Of a stretch of DNA of 64,000 bases, positions 1-11,752 are shown piece after piece. Position 1 is the first letter of the stretch; every line of letters begins with the position of its first letter. Origin of the DNA: Hypanus sabinus (taxonomy: Eukaryota); the NCBI RefSeq assembly GCF_030144855.1, contig NC_082721.1, positions 17,608,001-17,672,000 on the forward strand. Reading direction: 5' to 3'. The position numbers and the translations under genes were made by a program. The notes under the pieces are model-generated. The model saw only the letters and a list, made by a program, of their open reading frames with translations, had not been told where the DNA came from and made no database searches.

Positions 1-829
1 AATAACCTTTCTGCTCGGTACTGACTTTCTGCTTCAGTTGCTGGATAACTATGTGTATTGCCATTATGCTTTTAACCCAACCACTCTTGACGCTCATGCC
101 TTAAAGAATCCCATTCTGTTCAGTGGCTTGGATTCTGCAATCCACATTAGTATTATAAATTAATTCCTAAACTCTAATCATTGAATTCAGCATTATTTGA
201 ACTAGGTGGCAGCTGTGGGTGGTTTGCTTGTTTCAAAGCCACAGACAGGAACTGAACTGAGGTCCGCCCATGCCTGTTAACAATTATCAAAGAGATGGCT
301 GCTAATATTCTAAATAGGAGACAAGCACTGGGTTTAGAAATTAAGGCACTACTTCAAACCAGTGCAGATATAGCAACTTAAAATGTTATGTTCTTCCAAC
401 AGCTGCAATTAAAATAAAATGTGACACTTCGCAATCTCAGGATCTTCCTTTGTGTCTTTAGAGCCAGCTAACGTGTTTCTATTTTGTGTGGAAAATAGTT
501 TTCCCACCGCAAGTTCCTGTGAACATTTTCTTTTGTGCTGGTCCCTCAAGGTGCAGAATGACTTGATTCCTTCCAGTTCTCTTAGTTCTGAGGTGGTTGG
601 GAGTTCAAGGTGTGATTAGCAAACTTAGGGGTAGATAGTTCTTGATGGAGCAGATGGATAGGAAATTTGGGATGTTGAGGACTTGTTCTACTGTCCATAC
701 CTATCCTCACAAACTCACTGCCTTGAAGCTTGCTGCTTCAGTGTCCTTCCAAATCCTCTTCCATTATGAGCACTCCCAAGGTTTTGCTAGCACAGGTCAA
801 GCAATGTATGAGAAGGAAGTCCATTAAGT

Positions 830-1375
830 GTCCTGATCAGCTGTGTCACCATCGGGTATAGGAATTGCAGAGCATCTGACAATCCTCCAGTGGATTCTCA
901 AGACTGCTGAGAGAATCACTGGGGTCTCTCTTCCACCATCCCCATTCAGGGCATACACCAGAACCACTGCATTCACAGAGGCCTCAGTATTGTCAAGAAC
1001 CTCTCCCATCCATCCCACTATCTCTTCGATGCTCAGGTAGAAGGTACACAGTATAACAACAAGGACTGTCACACTGGCTAATAGTTTCTTCCCCAAGGTT
1101 GTGACCATTCTGAACACCCTGCTCCCATCAAGTGGACTTTATTTATGATAACACCAGTAACAGTAATACTGTTGTATATGTAAGTATATGTTGCATAATC
1201 TCTTTAAGTCAACTTGTACATCTATAGAACATTTTTGTTTATCTGTTACCATTATTGTACTAATATTATTTTCTGTGCTGTGTGTGATATACTGTATTTT
1301 GTATCTTGACGAATGTTGCTTTGTTTTGCTGTATATACATGTACAGTTGAATGAGCTTGAACTTAAAATGTTTCC
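830..1375 (+). mobile_element. Rex1/Babar-type LINE, decayed 3' fragment and tail
   Basis: LQWILKTAERITGVSLP (ORF 843) and downstream GRRY..NSFFP-like coding match the Rex1 ORF C-terminus; AT-rich tail ends in TTGAAC-like repeats. Confidence 0.7.
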
Positions 1376-1954
1376 CACAACTTCCTATGCACCTCTTTAC
1401 ATGACAGATTTGGAGAAGAGATTTTGAGAATCTGGTTTGGGGCATACCAAAAATGTGGCCCCTCTGTTGAAGTTGGTTGAACATAAACAGACACTCAGTG
1501 TCTGAGTGTTGGCTTGGGAGATGATGCTGCCACTAGCTCACCTGTGATGCCAATTACTTTGGAGGATTTGTCAGTGACGTTATTGTGTAATTTCCCAACA
1601 CTCAAAGATACCAACTTATCTATGATTCTATGGTTCCCAAGATATGAATCATTATTGCCTAGTAGACCAGGAGCTTTGCACTAGGTGAGATATTATTCAT
1701 CAAATGCACTTTTGCTCATCTACGAAGGACAGTGATAGCTCAATGATATCTTTTGTCATCAACGTCTACCTTTGGTGAGACATGGTTCCTCAGATATGGA
1801 AACATATCTTTGATTTTCTCAAGTTTTCATTGTAGATCTTGATTTACAGAAGAGAACAGATTGTTGGAGACCCTTTCTCTTACAGACAATTAGTATTTAG
1901 ATATTTGAGCCTAGGTTGCAGAGGAGGAGTCAACAATGAGGTCACAATTATATG

Positions 1955-2268
1955 ACCATAAGATATAGGAGCAGAATTAGGCCATTCAAATCATCAAATC
2001 TGTTCTGTCATTCAGTCATACCTGATTCATTTTCCATCTCAACCCCATTCTCCTGCCTTATCCTGGTAACTTTAACGCCCTTACTAATCAAGAACTTATC
2101 AACCTGCTTTAAATGTACCTAAGCTCTTGGCCTCCACTGCTCTCTGTGGAAGTGAATTCCACAGATTCCCCACCCTCTGGCTAAATAAATTTCCCCTCAT
2201 CTCTGTTCTCAAGGAACATCATTCTATTCTGAGGTTGTGTCCTCTGGTTCTAGACTACCCCACTGTAG
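1955..2268 (-). mobile_element. CR1-type LINE 3' end fragment
   Basis: Reverse complement of the CR1 3' end seen at 23850-24140 (ccataagatataggagcagaattaggccattc...gaattccacagattc). Confidence 0.75.
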
Positions 2269-2904
2269 AACAAGGTTGGAATGGATTCAGTTAAGGAACA
2301 GGGATGATAAAGGTTGAACCATTTCATGCTTCTTTTATAGTTCAACTCCACTCCTGGTAGAAGTTTGTTGGAGGTGAGTTTTGGATTGGAATGAGACATT
2401 TGAGACGAGGGTTGGTGTGATGACGCAATGTTGCTTGCTGCTAGTCAATGGGGGATCTGTTTGTTAGACTCATGGCTTGCTTGTTATTGTGTAGCTGATG
2501 TAGAATGTCAATGAATTTCTAAGAACTTCCAACTGTGAGGATTGACAAAGAATTTGAGGTCATAAAAGAAAACAAGACAATAGTACCAGGAATAGGTCAT
2601 GAGGCTTTTCATTCACGCCCCACCATTTAGTATAATCATGGCTGACATATGCTGGCCTCAGACTCTCTTCTGTGCCATTTTTTCATATGCTTCTATTACA
2701 TTTTCCTTTGCTTTATTATGTAGTAAAAATCATATTGAATTTAACTCCTGTTTGGTGGAATCTGTGAGGAGCCCTCATTCTCCTGGGAGTTGGCAACTGA
2801 AGAGAACCACAGTAATTGCCCGTGATGGATCACATGGAGATGCATCTCCTGCTTTCACAGTTAGGCGCATCTCCTTGCTTGAGCATGGGCACAGTTATAT
2901 GACC

Positions 2905-3470
2905 AGAAGAGATAGAAGCAGAATTAGGCCACTTGGACCATCAAGTCTGCTCTACCATTCAATCATACCTGATTTATTTTCCATCTCAGCCTCAGTCTCC
3001 TACCTTTTTCCTGTATCCCCTCATGCCCTGATCAATCAAGAACCTATCAACATTAGTTTTAAATATACCCACTGACTGGGCCTCCACGGCTGCCTGTGGC
3101 AAGGAATTCCACAGATTACCACTCTCTGGCTAAAGAAATTCCTCCTCATCTCCATTCTAAAAGGACACTGCTCTATGACCTCTGATCCTAGACTTCCTCA
3201 TTATCTCCACATCCACTCTATTGAGGCCTTTTGACATTTGATAGGTTTCAGTGAGGTCACCCCTATCATGAACCTATTAACTTCTGCTTTAAATATGCCC
3301 AATAGCTTGGCCTCTTCTGCTATCTATGGCAATGAATTCCATAGATTCACCACCCTCTGGCTAAATAAAATCCTCTTCATCTCTGTTCTCAAGGGATTGT
3401 CATTCTATTCTAAGGATGTGCACTCTGGATCTAGGCTCTCCCGCTGTTGGAAGCATCTATTACGACATCT
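2905..3470 (-). mobile_element. CR1-type LINE 3' end, two tandem fragments
   Basis: Same CR1 3' sequence twice (about 2905-3260 and 3270-3470). Confidence 0.75.
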
Positions 3471-4817
3471 CTAAAGTCCCCTGACATGCTTTCCTTTACC
3501 CAGCTGAGAGAAAGGAGATTATTACTTTACACCCCAGAACTACTACTCTTCCATATTTCTGTACATCATCAGGCCCAGAGTCTTGTTTAGCAACTACTGG
3601 GTAATCTTTTTAATCTCCCCTAGGCCGGAGTAAACTCAAGAAACAGTGTCAAATGTGCTGTAGGATGGAATCAAGCACATTCATGGCAGATCTTGACTGA
3701 GAGAATTCCTTCACAATGATTTTAGTTATGAGAGATAAATCTTGGCCAAAATTGTAAGAAACCGTCTTTGAATAAGACCATGGGATCTTTGTGTTCAGTA
3801 ATTGTTCAATAAGTAGAAATTTAACTGATCACGTTAGCTAAAGCTGTAGTATAAAAGTGTGTTGTACTCTCCTTCCATGGGTCTTAAATGAATTGACGCA
3901 TAAGCAATGGGCATTGCCCAGTTACCAGAATATCATGTGTTTAACACAAGTAAAGAAGGACAGATAAACACTGTTTCTCTTCAGCAAGCTAGTACTCTTT
4001 TAACACCACACTGGACGTAGGAGTTATAGACTCTGCAGTGCATTGCAAATCCATCATCTAGTGACTCGGGTGACTGTGCTGGTCAATAAGCCAAGGCTGA
4101 CAATGAGAGCATTTAATATAAACATCAGTTTGCAATCTTAAAAGAGAGAATGCATTTCTAGCTATGACAGCATCTTGTGCTCAGAGCCTCTTGGTAACCA
4201 GCAATCTAGTATCCGTCTAAATTACCCAAAAATGTCAAACCAGACAAGTTAGCCAACCTTTGCCTCACACAATAAAACATACATAGCAATTATCATTTGA
4301 GCAATAGACAGCACAAGAGAAATTGTAGTCAAAACCTGCATGATTGAAATAGGGTTAAGTGGCGTTGAATATTCTTTTTGACAGAATTGAAAGCTAATTA
4401 ATACAGTGTCTGATTGGAGGGTTAATTAACTATTCATTAGAGATTAGGCAGTCATCTCCAGCCTAGCTGACTTAATTTGCAAAGTTTAAAGTATACTCAA
4501 GGAAGTTTGGCAGGAAGACAGAAACATTAATCTTCATTTTCATTTGAAATAGAAGGGCAAGTTGACATACCTTTGTTTTTAAAGGAAATACCAAAGTAGA
4601 AAATTGAAGGCAAATTGTTTTAGGCTGATTGCATTTAACCTTCTTAGTTTTGCATAATGGATGTTAAGATGACAAACCAGGAGTACACACAGGGTACAGA
4701 TCCTAACAGTTTCTCAGAGATACTTAATCACGTCAAACAGGAAGTCAGAATGGTGAAACTCCATTCAACAATCTACAACTAATGATTGATTTTAAACCTG
4801 AAAATGATTAATAGATT

Positions 4818-4999
4818 AACACACACACACACAAAATGCTGAAGGAATTCAGCAGGTCAGGTAGCATCTATGGAAATGAATAATTCATCAGGACTCAGTC
4901 CAAATTCATTTCCATAGATGCTGTCTGACCTGCTGAATTCCTTTAGCATTTTATGTGTGTTACTCTGAATTTCCAGCATCTGCAAAATCCTTTATATTT
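4818..4999. mobile_element. Palindromic mini-element derived from Penelope-like terminal repeat
   Basis: Inverted arms ~4826-4881 and ~4904-4960; centre TTCATCAGGACT is the antisense hammerhead core; TSD ATGATTAATAGATT (4804-4817) / ATGATTAATCGATT (5000-5013). Confidence 0.8.
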
Positions 5000-5264
5000 A
5001 TGATTAATCGATTGTTGCTGATCAAGGGTATTAAGTGACATGTCGAAAAACAAGGTACATTGTGATAAGCCGCATATTAGCATTGATATATCAAAGGGCT
5101 AAATGTTCTCTTCATTTTCTAAACAATTACTAAAAGAATGGTTGCCAATATAGTTCAAAATTTTCATTAATGATATATTTAAAGTAGTATTTGAGAAATT
5201 AACAGAAAGCCATTAATTTCCAAGAGCTAATCTCTTGCTGCCAAGGTTTTGAAAGATTCAGAGA

Positions 5265-5525
5265 GTGGCAAAGTGGTGGTTAGCATAACGCTTTACAGAA
5301 CCATTGGTCAGCATTCAATTTCCACTGCTGTCTGTAGATTTCCTCCGGCTGCTCTGGTGTCCTCTTACATCCCAAAGACATACGGGTTAGTACGTTGTAC
5401 ACCTGCTATTTTGGTGCCAGAAGCATTGCGACACTTGAGGGCGGCCCCCAGCACATCCTCGGACTGTGTTGGTCATCGATGCAAATGATGCACTTTACTG
5501 TATGACACATGTAACAAATAAAGAT
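5265..5525 (+). mobile_element. tRNA-derived (V-SINE-like) SINE
   Basis: Head gtggtggttagcataacgctttacag and core ctccgg..tcctcttacatcccaaagac shared with 34849, 42975 and 52735. Confidence 0.55.
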
Positions 5526-5983
5526 AATCAGTAACCTTTTTACATGATCCCATAGGTAGGCTGGCTGAGAAGGCTGCGGCACAAGGCAACTGAGGCATGT
5601 TGAAAAACTGGATCCAAAATTGGATACGTGATGGGAGGGAGTGGGTAGATGTGGAAGGATGTTTCTCGGACTGGAAATCTGTAACAAGAGATATATGCAG
5701 GGCTTAATGTTAATTGTTAGTATTCTGTTTAAAACACACACACACACCATGCATAGGACAGCATTTGTAACATAGTGTATATTTGTCATTCACCATATTG
5801 TCTCACTGACGATATATAGGACCCTGGGGAGGTCACATACAGAGCACTGTGCATAGGAATATTTTTCTTTCCTAAGGAGAGATCTACTTGAGATAGAGTA
5901 AACTGAAGTAGAGTTTGCCTGATGGATTCTAAGATGGTGTTATTATCGTTTGAGGAACAGTGAAACAAGTAGGGTCAATACTT

Positions 5984-7627
5984 TCACAAAATGCTGGAGG
6001 AATTCAGCAGGCTAGGCAGCATCTATTGAAAAAAGTACGGTCGATGTTTTGGGCCAAAACACTTTGGCAGGACTAAAGAAAAAAAAGCTGAGGAGTAGAT
6101 TTGAAAGGTGATGGGAGGGCGGAGAGAAACATCAGGCTACAGGTAAAAGTTGGAGGGGGAGGGATGAAGTAAAGAGCTAGGAAGTTGATTGGCGAACGAG
6201 ACAGAAGGCAATGGAAGAAAGTAAAAGGGGGGGGGGGGGTTAGGGGAAGGAGAACCAGAGGGTGGTGATGACATGAGAGGGGAAATGCTGAGGGGGGGGG
6301 GGAGGCATTACTGGAAGTTTGAGAAATCAATGTTCATGCCATCAGGTTGGAGGCTACCCAAGCAGAACTTAAGATATTGTTCCTCCGACCTAAGTGTGGC
6401 CTCATCCTGACAGTGGAGGAGGCCATGGGTGGACATATCAGAATGGGAGTGGGAAGTGGAATTAAAATGAATGGCTACTGGGAGATCCCACTCGTTCTAG
6501 TGGACAGAGCATGGATGCTTAATGCAGCAGTCTCCCAATCTATGTCAAGACTCACCAATACACAGGAGGCTACACCAGGAGCTTATGACTCAGGTGAAGT
6601 GCCGCCTCACCTGGAAAGACTGTTTGGAGCCTTGAACAGTAATGAGGGAGGATGTGTAGGGGCAGGTGTAGCTCTTGTTCCACTTGCAAGGATAAGTGCC
6701 AGGAGGGGGATCAGTGGGGAAGGTCAAATGGACAAGGGAGTCACATAGAGACCAATCCCTGCTGAAAGCAGAAGGTGGGGGAGATGGAGGGAAAGATGTG
6801 TTTGGCGGTGGGATCCAGTTTGAGGTGGCGGAAGTTTTGGAGAATTATATGCTGAAGACCGAGGCTGGTGAGGTGGTAGGTGAGGACAAGAGGAACCCTA
6901 TCCCTGGTAGGGTGGCGGGAGGATGGGTAATAGCAGACGTGTGTGAAGTGGAAGAGATGCGGTTGAGGGCATTGATAATGGCAGCCCTCCCATATATCAG
7001 TGAGACCCAAGATAGATTAGGAATTTTCCCAGTGTCCACTAACTTTCATTCCACTTCCCATTCCCATTCCAATATGTCCATCCATGGCCTCCTCCACTGT
7101 CGTGATAAGGCTACACTTAGGTTGGAGGAACAATACTTTATATTCTGTTTGGGTGGCCTGATGACATGAACGTCGGTTTCTCAAACTTCCAGTAATGCAT
7201 CCCCCTGCTTTCACCATTTCAACCTGATGACATGAACATCGGTTTCTCAAGCTTCCAGTAATGCATCCCCCCACTTTCACCATTTCCCCTTTCCCCTCTC
7301 ATGTCATCACCTCCCTCTGGTGTTCCTTCCCCTCTCTCCTCTTTTTCCTTTCTTCAATGGCCTTCTGTCACTTTCACCAATCAACTTCCTAGCTCTTTAC
7401 TCCATCCCTCCCCCTCCAAGATTCACCTATGGCCTGGTGTTACTTTCTCCTCTCCCCCTACCTTTCAAATCTATTCCTCAGCTTTTTCTCTCCAGTTCTG
7501 CCGAAGGGTTTTGGCCCGAAACATTGCCTGTACTTTTTTCCATTGATGCTGCCTGGCCTGCTGAGTGCCTTCAGCATTTGGTGTGTGCGGCTTGGATTTC
7601 CAGCATCTGCAGATTTTCTCTGGTTTG
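5984..7627. mobile_element. Penelope-like retroelement (GIY-YIG) with inverted arms
   Basis: Minus arm: RDRVPLVLTYH..QHIILQNFRHL..DPTAKHIFP. Plus arm: YISETQDRLG..HSHSNMSIHGLLHC..LRLEEQYFIFCLG. Both arms end outward in the terminal repeat; perfect 12-bp TSD GGGTCAATACTT (5972-5983, 7628-7639). Confidence 0.85.
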
Positions 7628-7639
7628 GGGTCAATACTT

Positions 7640-7945
7640 CCCAGGTTCTAGAAGAATAAAGAATAATGACTAGGATATTTATGATCTTAAGGGCTTGACA
7701 GGGTAAATGTGGAGTGACTGCTTCCATTAACTGTGCTGTCTAGAACAAGGGAGTGCAGTCTCAAAATAGGATGTTGGCCATTCAGGAGTGAGTTGAGGAG
7801 AAATTACTTCATACTGAGGGCAGTGTCTCTTTGGAATTTTGTAACCAAGATGGCCATGGAAGCTCAGTTGCTAAGTGTGTTCAAGTTCAAGGTCATCAGG
7901 TACTTCTTGTTTGGGGATTCAAGGCATATGGGATTAGTGCAGTGA
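7640..7945 (+). mobile_element. CR1 3' fragment (upstream part ~5870-5983), interrupted by the Penelope-like element
   Basis: SRTRECSLKI..FRSELRRNYF..LWN matches the CR1 ORF2 C-terminus. Confidence 0.65.
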
Positions 7946-8589
7946 AGTAATAGCGAACCTTCAGGTCAGTCACGAATGTTAGGGAGTTATGGAATGTAGC
8001 AAATATTAATTTCAAGAGCAACCAATCTTCAGATCTGAGTGTCAATTGTAGATTGAATTTAGAACAACAGTCTTCTTGGAGCTCCATATTAGGATTGATT
8101 GCAAACCAGGAAACACTCCATTGAAGTGAATTGTCTGCACATGCATGAATGCAGTTTAGGGAGAGTGGAGATCAACATTCATTTTGGGTGTCTGGAGTGT
8201 TGGTGTGAAGATCCAGATGATTGAAAATCCAAAGGATGCTTTGTGGATACATTGTAACTATGGAATTGTCCTGCTGTAACCTTTGATCTTTAGCATATAA
8301 AACTATCATGTAATGTTGGGTCACTGAGCCTCCCTCCAGAGTGACTGCAAATGCAGTCAGCTTGTGTGTGCTGAATGAAGAATTTTGTACAATCGGCTGC
8401 ATGTCTCTCTGGTGGCTTTCACTGACAGTTGCAACAATAAATTTACCAACTGAGTAAGAATGAGGGGCTGTTTATGTTCTCCTGTACATTTCCAGCTCGG
8501 TGTAGAGCCTCACCATACAAGTCAGACCTGACTTTCTGGAGGAAGAACCTTGCTGGCAGATTTGCTTTAGAACAAAGTGACTTTAAAAA

Positions 8590-8765
8590 CAGAAAATGTC
8601 GTGAACACGGAGTAGGACAGGCAGCATCAATGGAAACAGAAGCACAGTTAATATTTCAGGTTAAAGGGCCTTTGTCAGAAGAGTCTGATGAAGATTCTTT
8701 GACCTGAATTGTTAACTTCTTTTTTGTTCCACAGATCCTGCCTGACCTGATGAGAGTTTCAGGGC
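8590..8765. mobile_element. Older palindromic Penelope-terminal-repeat derivative
   Basis: Inverted arms around 8680; TCTGATGAAGA..CCTGAA core at 8684-8708 with an antisense copy at 8652-8678. Confidence 0.55.
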
Positions 8766-9790
8766 CAAAATGAGTTAGAAAACAACTCTAAAGAGCTTTC
8801 AGCCTAACATCCTCTATGAAGCCGGAAGTACAGAGTGAAATTTTCATACACTGTAAATTGGTGGTAGAATTTAACTGTAAGAGTGTTAAATTTGTCAAAG
8901 ATGTTAGTGTTTCCATGTTTGGAGTGCTGCACATGGTTTAAGGCACTCTCTTTACGAGGGTACACTACAGATATACTGGAATGACTGGCTTAAAGTGGTT
9001 GATTTTACATCAGATTAGAGATGGTTTTTTGTGGAATTTAACAAAATATTACTAAAGTTATGAGTACTTCTGAGTGTATATATGAAACATTCGAATGGTT
9101 ATAATGGATATAATTTTAAAAGACAGCTGCGAAAGTATATAATGCCCTGGTTGAATATTTTCATGGCTTCTGGGATTGCTCTGAATGTTTTTACTGAAGC
9201 GTTACATTTTGTAGCTATTAAATTTTAATACCCCATTCCATACATAACTCTTAGTCACTATTCCCTTTGCCTCCTCAGGGTTGCCTTCAGCTGCTGTTTA
9301 ATCTGCAACAAGCAAGGGGTCCCTCTGCGTCTCTCCTGATTTCATACCCCTCAGACACACCTCCTGCTCTGTTTCACGAAAGCTACAGAATCGTTCAAAA
9401 TCTTATAAAGCTCCTGTGCCCTAATGTATTGGTGCCACAGATGAAACCCAAAAATAATGAGCATTTTGTCCCTTCTGTGCTATGTCATTTGCAGAAAGTA
9501 AATATGGGGTCGGTCCCAGATGTAGATTCACGTTGTGTTTAATGTAACTTCCAGTACACCAGTGTAAAAGAGAGCAAAATAATTGTTAAAAAAACACAAA
9601 AAACACAATAAGATGAAGAGCACACTAAAAAACAGAATAAATATAAGTACATAAGAGAGCTTATATACAAAGATTGATTGTATGCTCTTAAAGACATACT
9701 AGGCATAGAGTGGTTGTACATAAGTGACTCTGACAGGAAATGATAAAATAGTGGCATTGAGGGTGTGGGCGGAGGTGCTGATCAGCCTTA

Positions 9791-10552
9791 CCATAATACC
9801 ATAAAACACTACAGCACAGTACAGGCCCTTCAGCCCTCCATGTTGTGCCGACCCATATAATCCTTAAAAAAAAGTACTAAACCCACACTACCCCATAACC
9901 TTCCATTTTTCCCTTCATTCATGTGCCTGTCCAAGAGGCTCTTAAATACCCCTAATGTTTTAGCCTCCACCACCATCCCTGGTAATTCATTCCAGGCAAT
10001 CACAACCTGTGTAAAAAACTTACCGCTGATGTCTCCCCTAAACTTCCCTCCCTTAATTTTGTACCTATGCCCTCTGGTGTTTGCTATTGGTGCCCTGGGA
10101 AACAGGCACTGACTATCCACCCTATCTATGCCTCTCATAATCTTGTAGACCTCTATCAAGTCCCAGCTCATTCTTCTACGCTCCAAAGAGAAAAGTCCCA
10201 GCTCTGCTGACCTTGCTTCATATGACTTGTTCTCCAATCCAGGCAACATCTCCTCTGCACCCTCTCCATAGCTTCCACATCCTTCCTATAATGAGGTAAC
10301 CAAAATTGAACACAATACTCTAAGTGCGGTCTCACCAGAGATTTGTTGAGTTGCAACATGACCTGTCTACTCTTGAACTCAATCCCCCTGTTAATGAAGC
10401 CTAGCATCCCATAGGCCTTCTTAACTACCCTTTCAACCTGTGCAGCGACCTTAAGGGACGTATGGATTTGAACCCGAAGGTCCCTTTGTTCATCCACACT
10501 CTTAAGTAATCCTGTACTCAGTCTTCTGGTTTGTCCTTCCAAAATGCATCAC
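9791..10552 (-). mobile_element. CR1-type LINE, 5'-truncated
   Basis: LVRPHLEYCVQFWLPHYRKDVEAMERVQRR; LGLFSLERRRM..DLIEVYKIMRGIDRV; (TATGG)-type tail at ~9791. Confidence 0.9.
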
Positions 10553-10859
10553 CGTTGGAGAAAATAACTGTAGCTTGACCTGAAACATCGACTGTCTGTT
10601 TCCCTCCTCAGATGCTGCCTGACTGCTGAGTTCCCTCAAGAACTCTTTTTTTTGCTGTGAGACTAGTACTTAGAGAGTCTCAAATGAGGAAACAAGGATA
10701 TGGCTGAGCTTAAATGTCACCTGTCATTCCAATGATTGAATTCAAATCCTATTTATGAATTCTCAGAGTGGTATCTCGGCGGAGCAGTGAGAGAGGGCTG
10801 GAGAAGTTATACCTTGGACACATTGTTAAAGCATAAAAATGAAATGCACCTTTTATAAA

Positions 10860-11030
10860 GGGAACCAGGATGATGCTCCAAGCTTCAGTGAATATGAATG
10901 CAATTATCAGATTGTTATTACCTTGCCATCAATGGAAGTTTGCCATGTGAAAATTACAGAATTGACAGCACATGAAAGTACTTCATTGGCTGTATGAATC
11001 CTTTGATATGTCTGTGAAAGGCCTTTCTTT
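10860..11030 (+). mobile_element. Degenerate Deu-domain SINE tail
   Basis: aaagtacttcattggctgta...ctttg...gtgaaaggc resembles the AmnSINE1/SacSINE1-type 3' part. Confidence 0.4.
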
Positions 11031-11599
11031 CATTCACAATGGTGATTACCTTACATCATTCTTAGGCTGGCATCCAGCCAGTCTCAATCTGATTTTCTTT
11101 CTGTGTGTCTGTGACCATCTATGCTGTGTACCTGGCTTGTATTCTTTCCTGTTACAGGAACATTACAGTAATCATCTTTTGTGGCTTAAAATCTAACACC
11201 GTTCACATGTTTTATAAGATGGTACAGTTTGCTGGACTGAATTAAAGCCTTTGAGCTCCGTTCTTTAGAATCAAGGAGGGTGAGAGGAAATTTGAGCAAG
11301 GTACAATAAATGAGAGATGTAGACAGAAGAAGCATGAAAGACGAATTTCCCCAAACCTAGAGGTCATTAACTAAAGACTTCAATAGAAGATGAGAAGGGG
11401 AATTTAAGGTAAAGACTATTTTTATGTATGCCCAATCTCCATTACATTTAGAAGGTCCTCAGTGCCCTGAACAATAAGGCTATTGAGGAGAACTGGGTAA
11501 CTTCCCTTGGGAATCAAGATGACCAGCAGTCATAGAGAGATACATGAAGAAAACTTTGGCCCACTGAGTTTCCACCACCATTAAGCACCAATTTTCTAA

Positions 11600-11752
11600 G
11601 TTCAAGATTCAAGGTAAATTATATTATCAAAGTACATATATGTCACCAAGTACAACCCTGAGATTCATTTTCTAGTAGTCATACTCAATAAGTATACAGA
11701 ATAATAGCCATAACAGAATCAATGAGAAACCACCCAACTAGGGCGTTCAACC
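11600..11752 (-). mobile_element. Rex1-type 3' tail, left half of the RTE target (continues 15113-15296)
   Basis: Joins to 15126 onward and matches the uninterrupted copy at 61180-61510 (caactgggcattcaaccactgtgc). Confidence 0.75.

Noticed and set aside
540-800. Antisense RTE 3' end
   Set aside because: Resemblance too degenerate to support a call
2599-3075. 158-aa protein-coding gene
   Set aside because: Runs through antisense CR1 tails; no recognisable domain
6227-6303. Poly-G tracts as a distinct regulatory element
   Set aside because: They are the C-rich tract of the Penelope-like 3' region read on the other strand
6347-7169. Host genes in ORFs 6347 and 6696
   Set aside because: Mostly antisense read-through of the Penelope-like arm; only the last ~60 aa are sense GIY-YIG remnant
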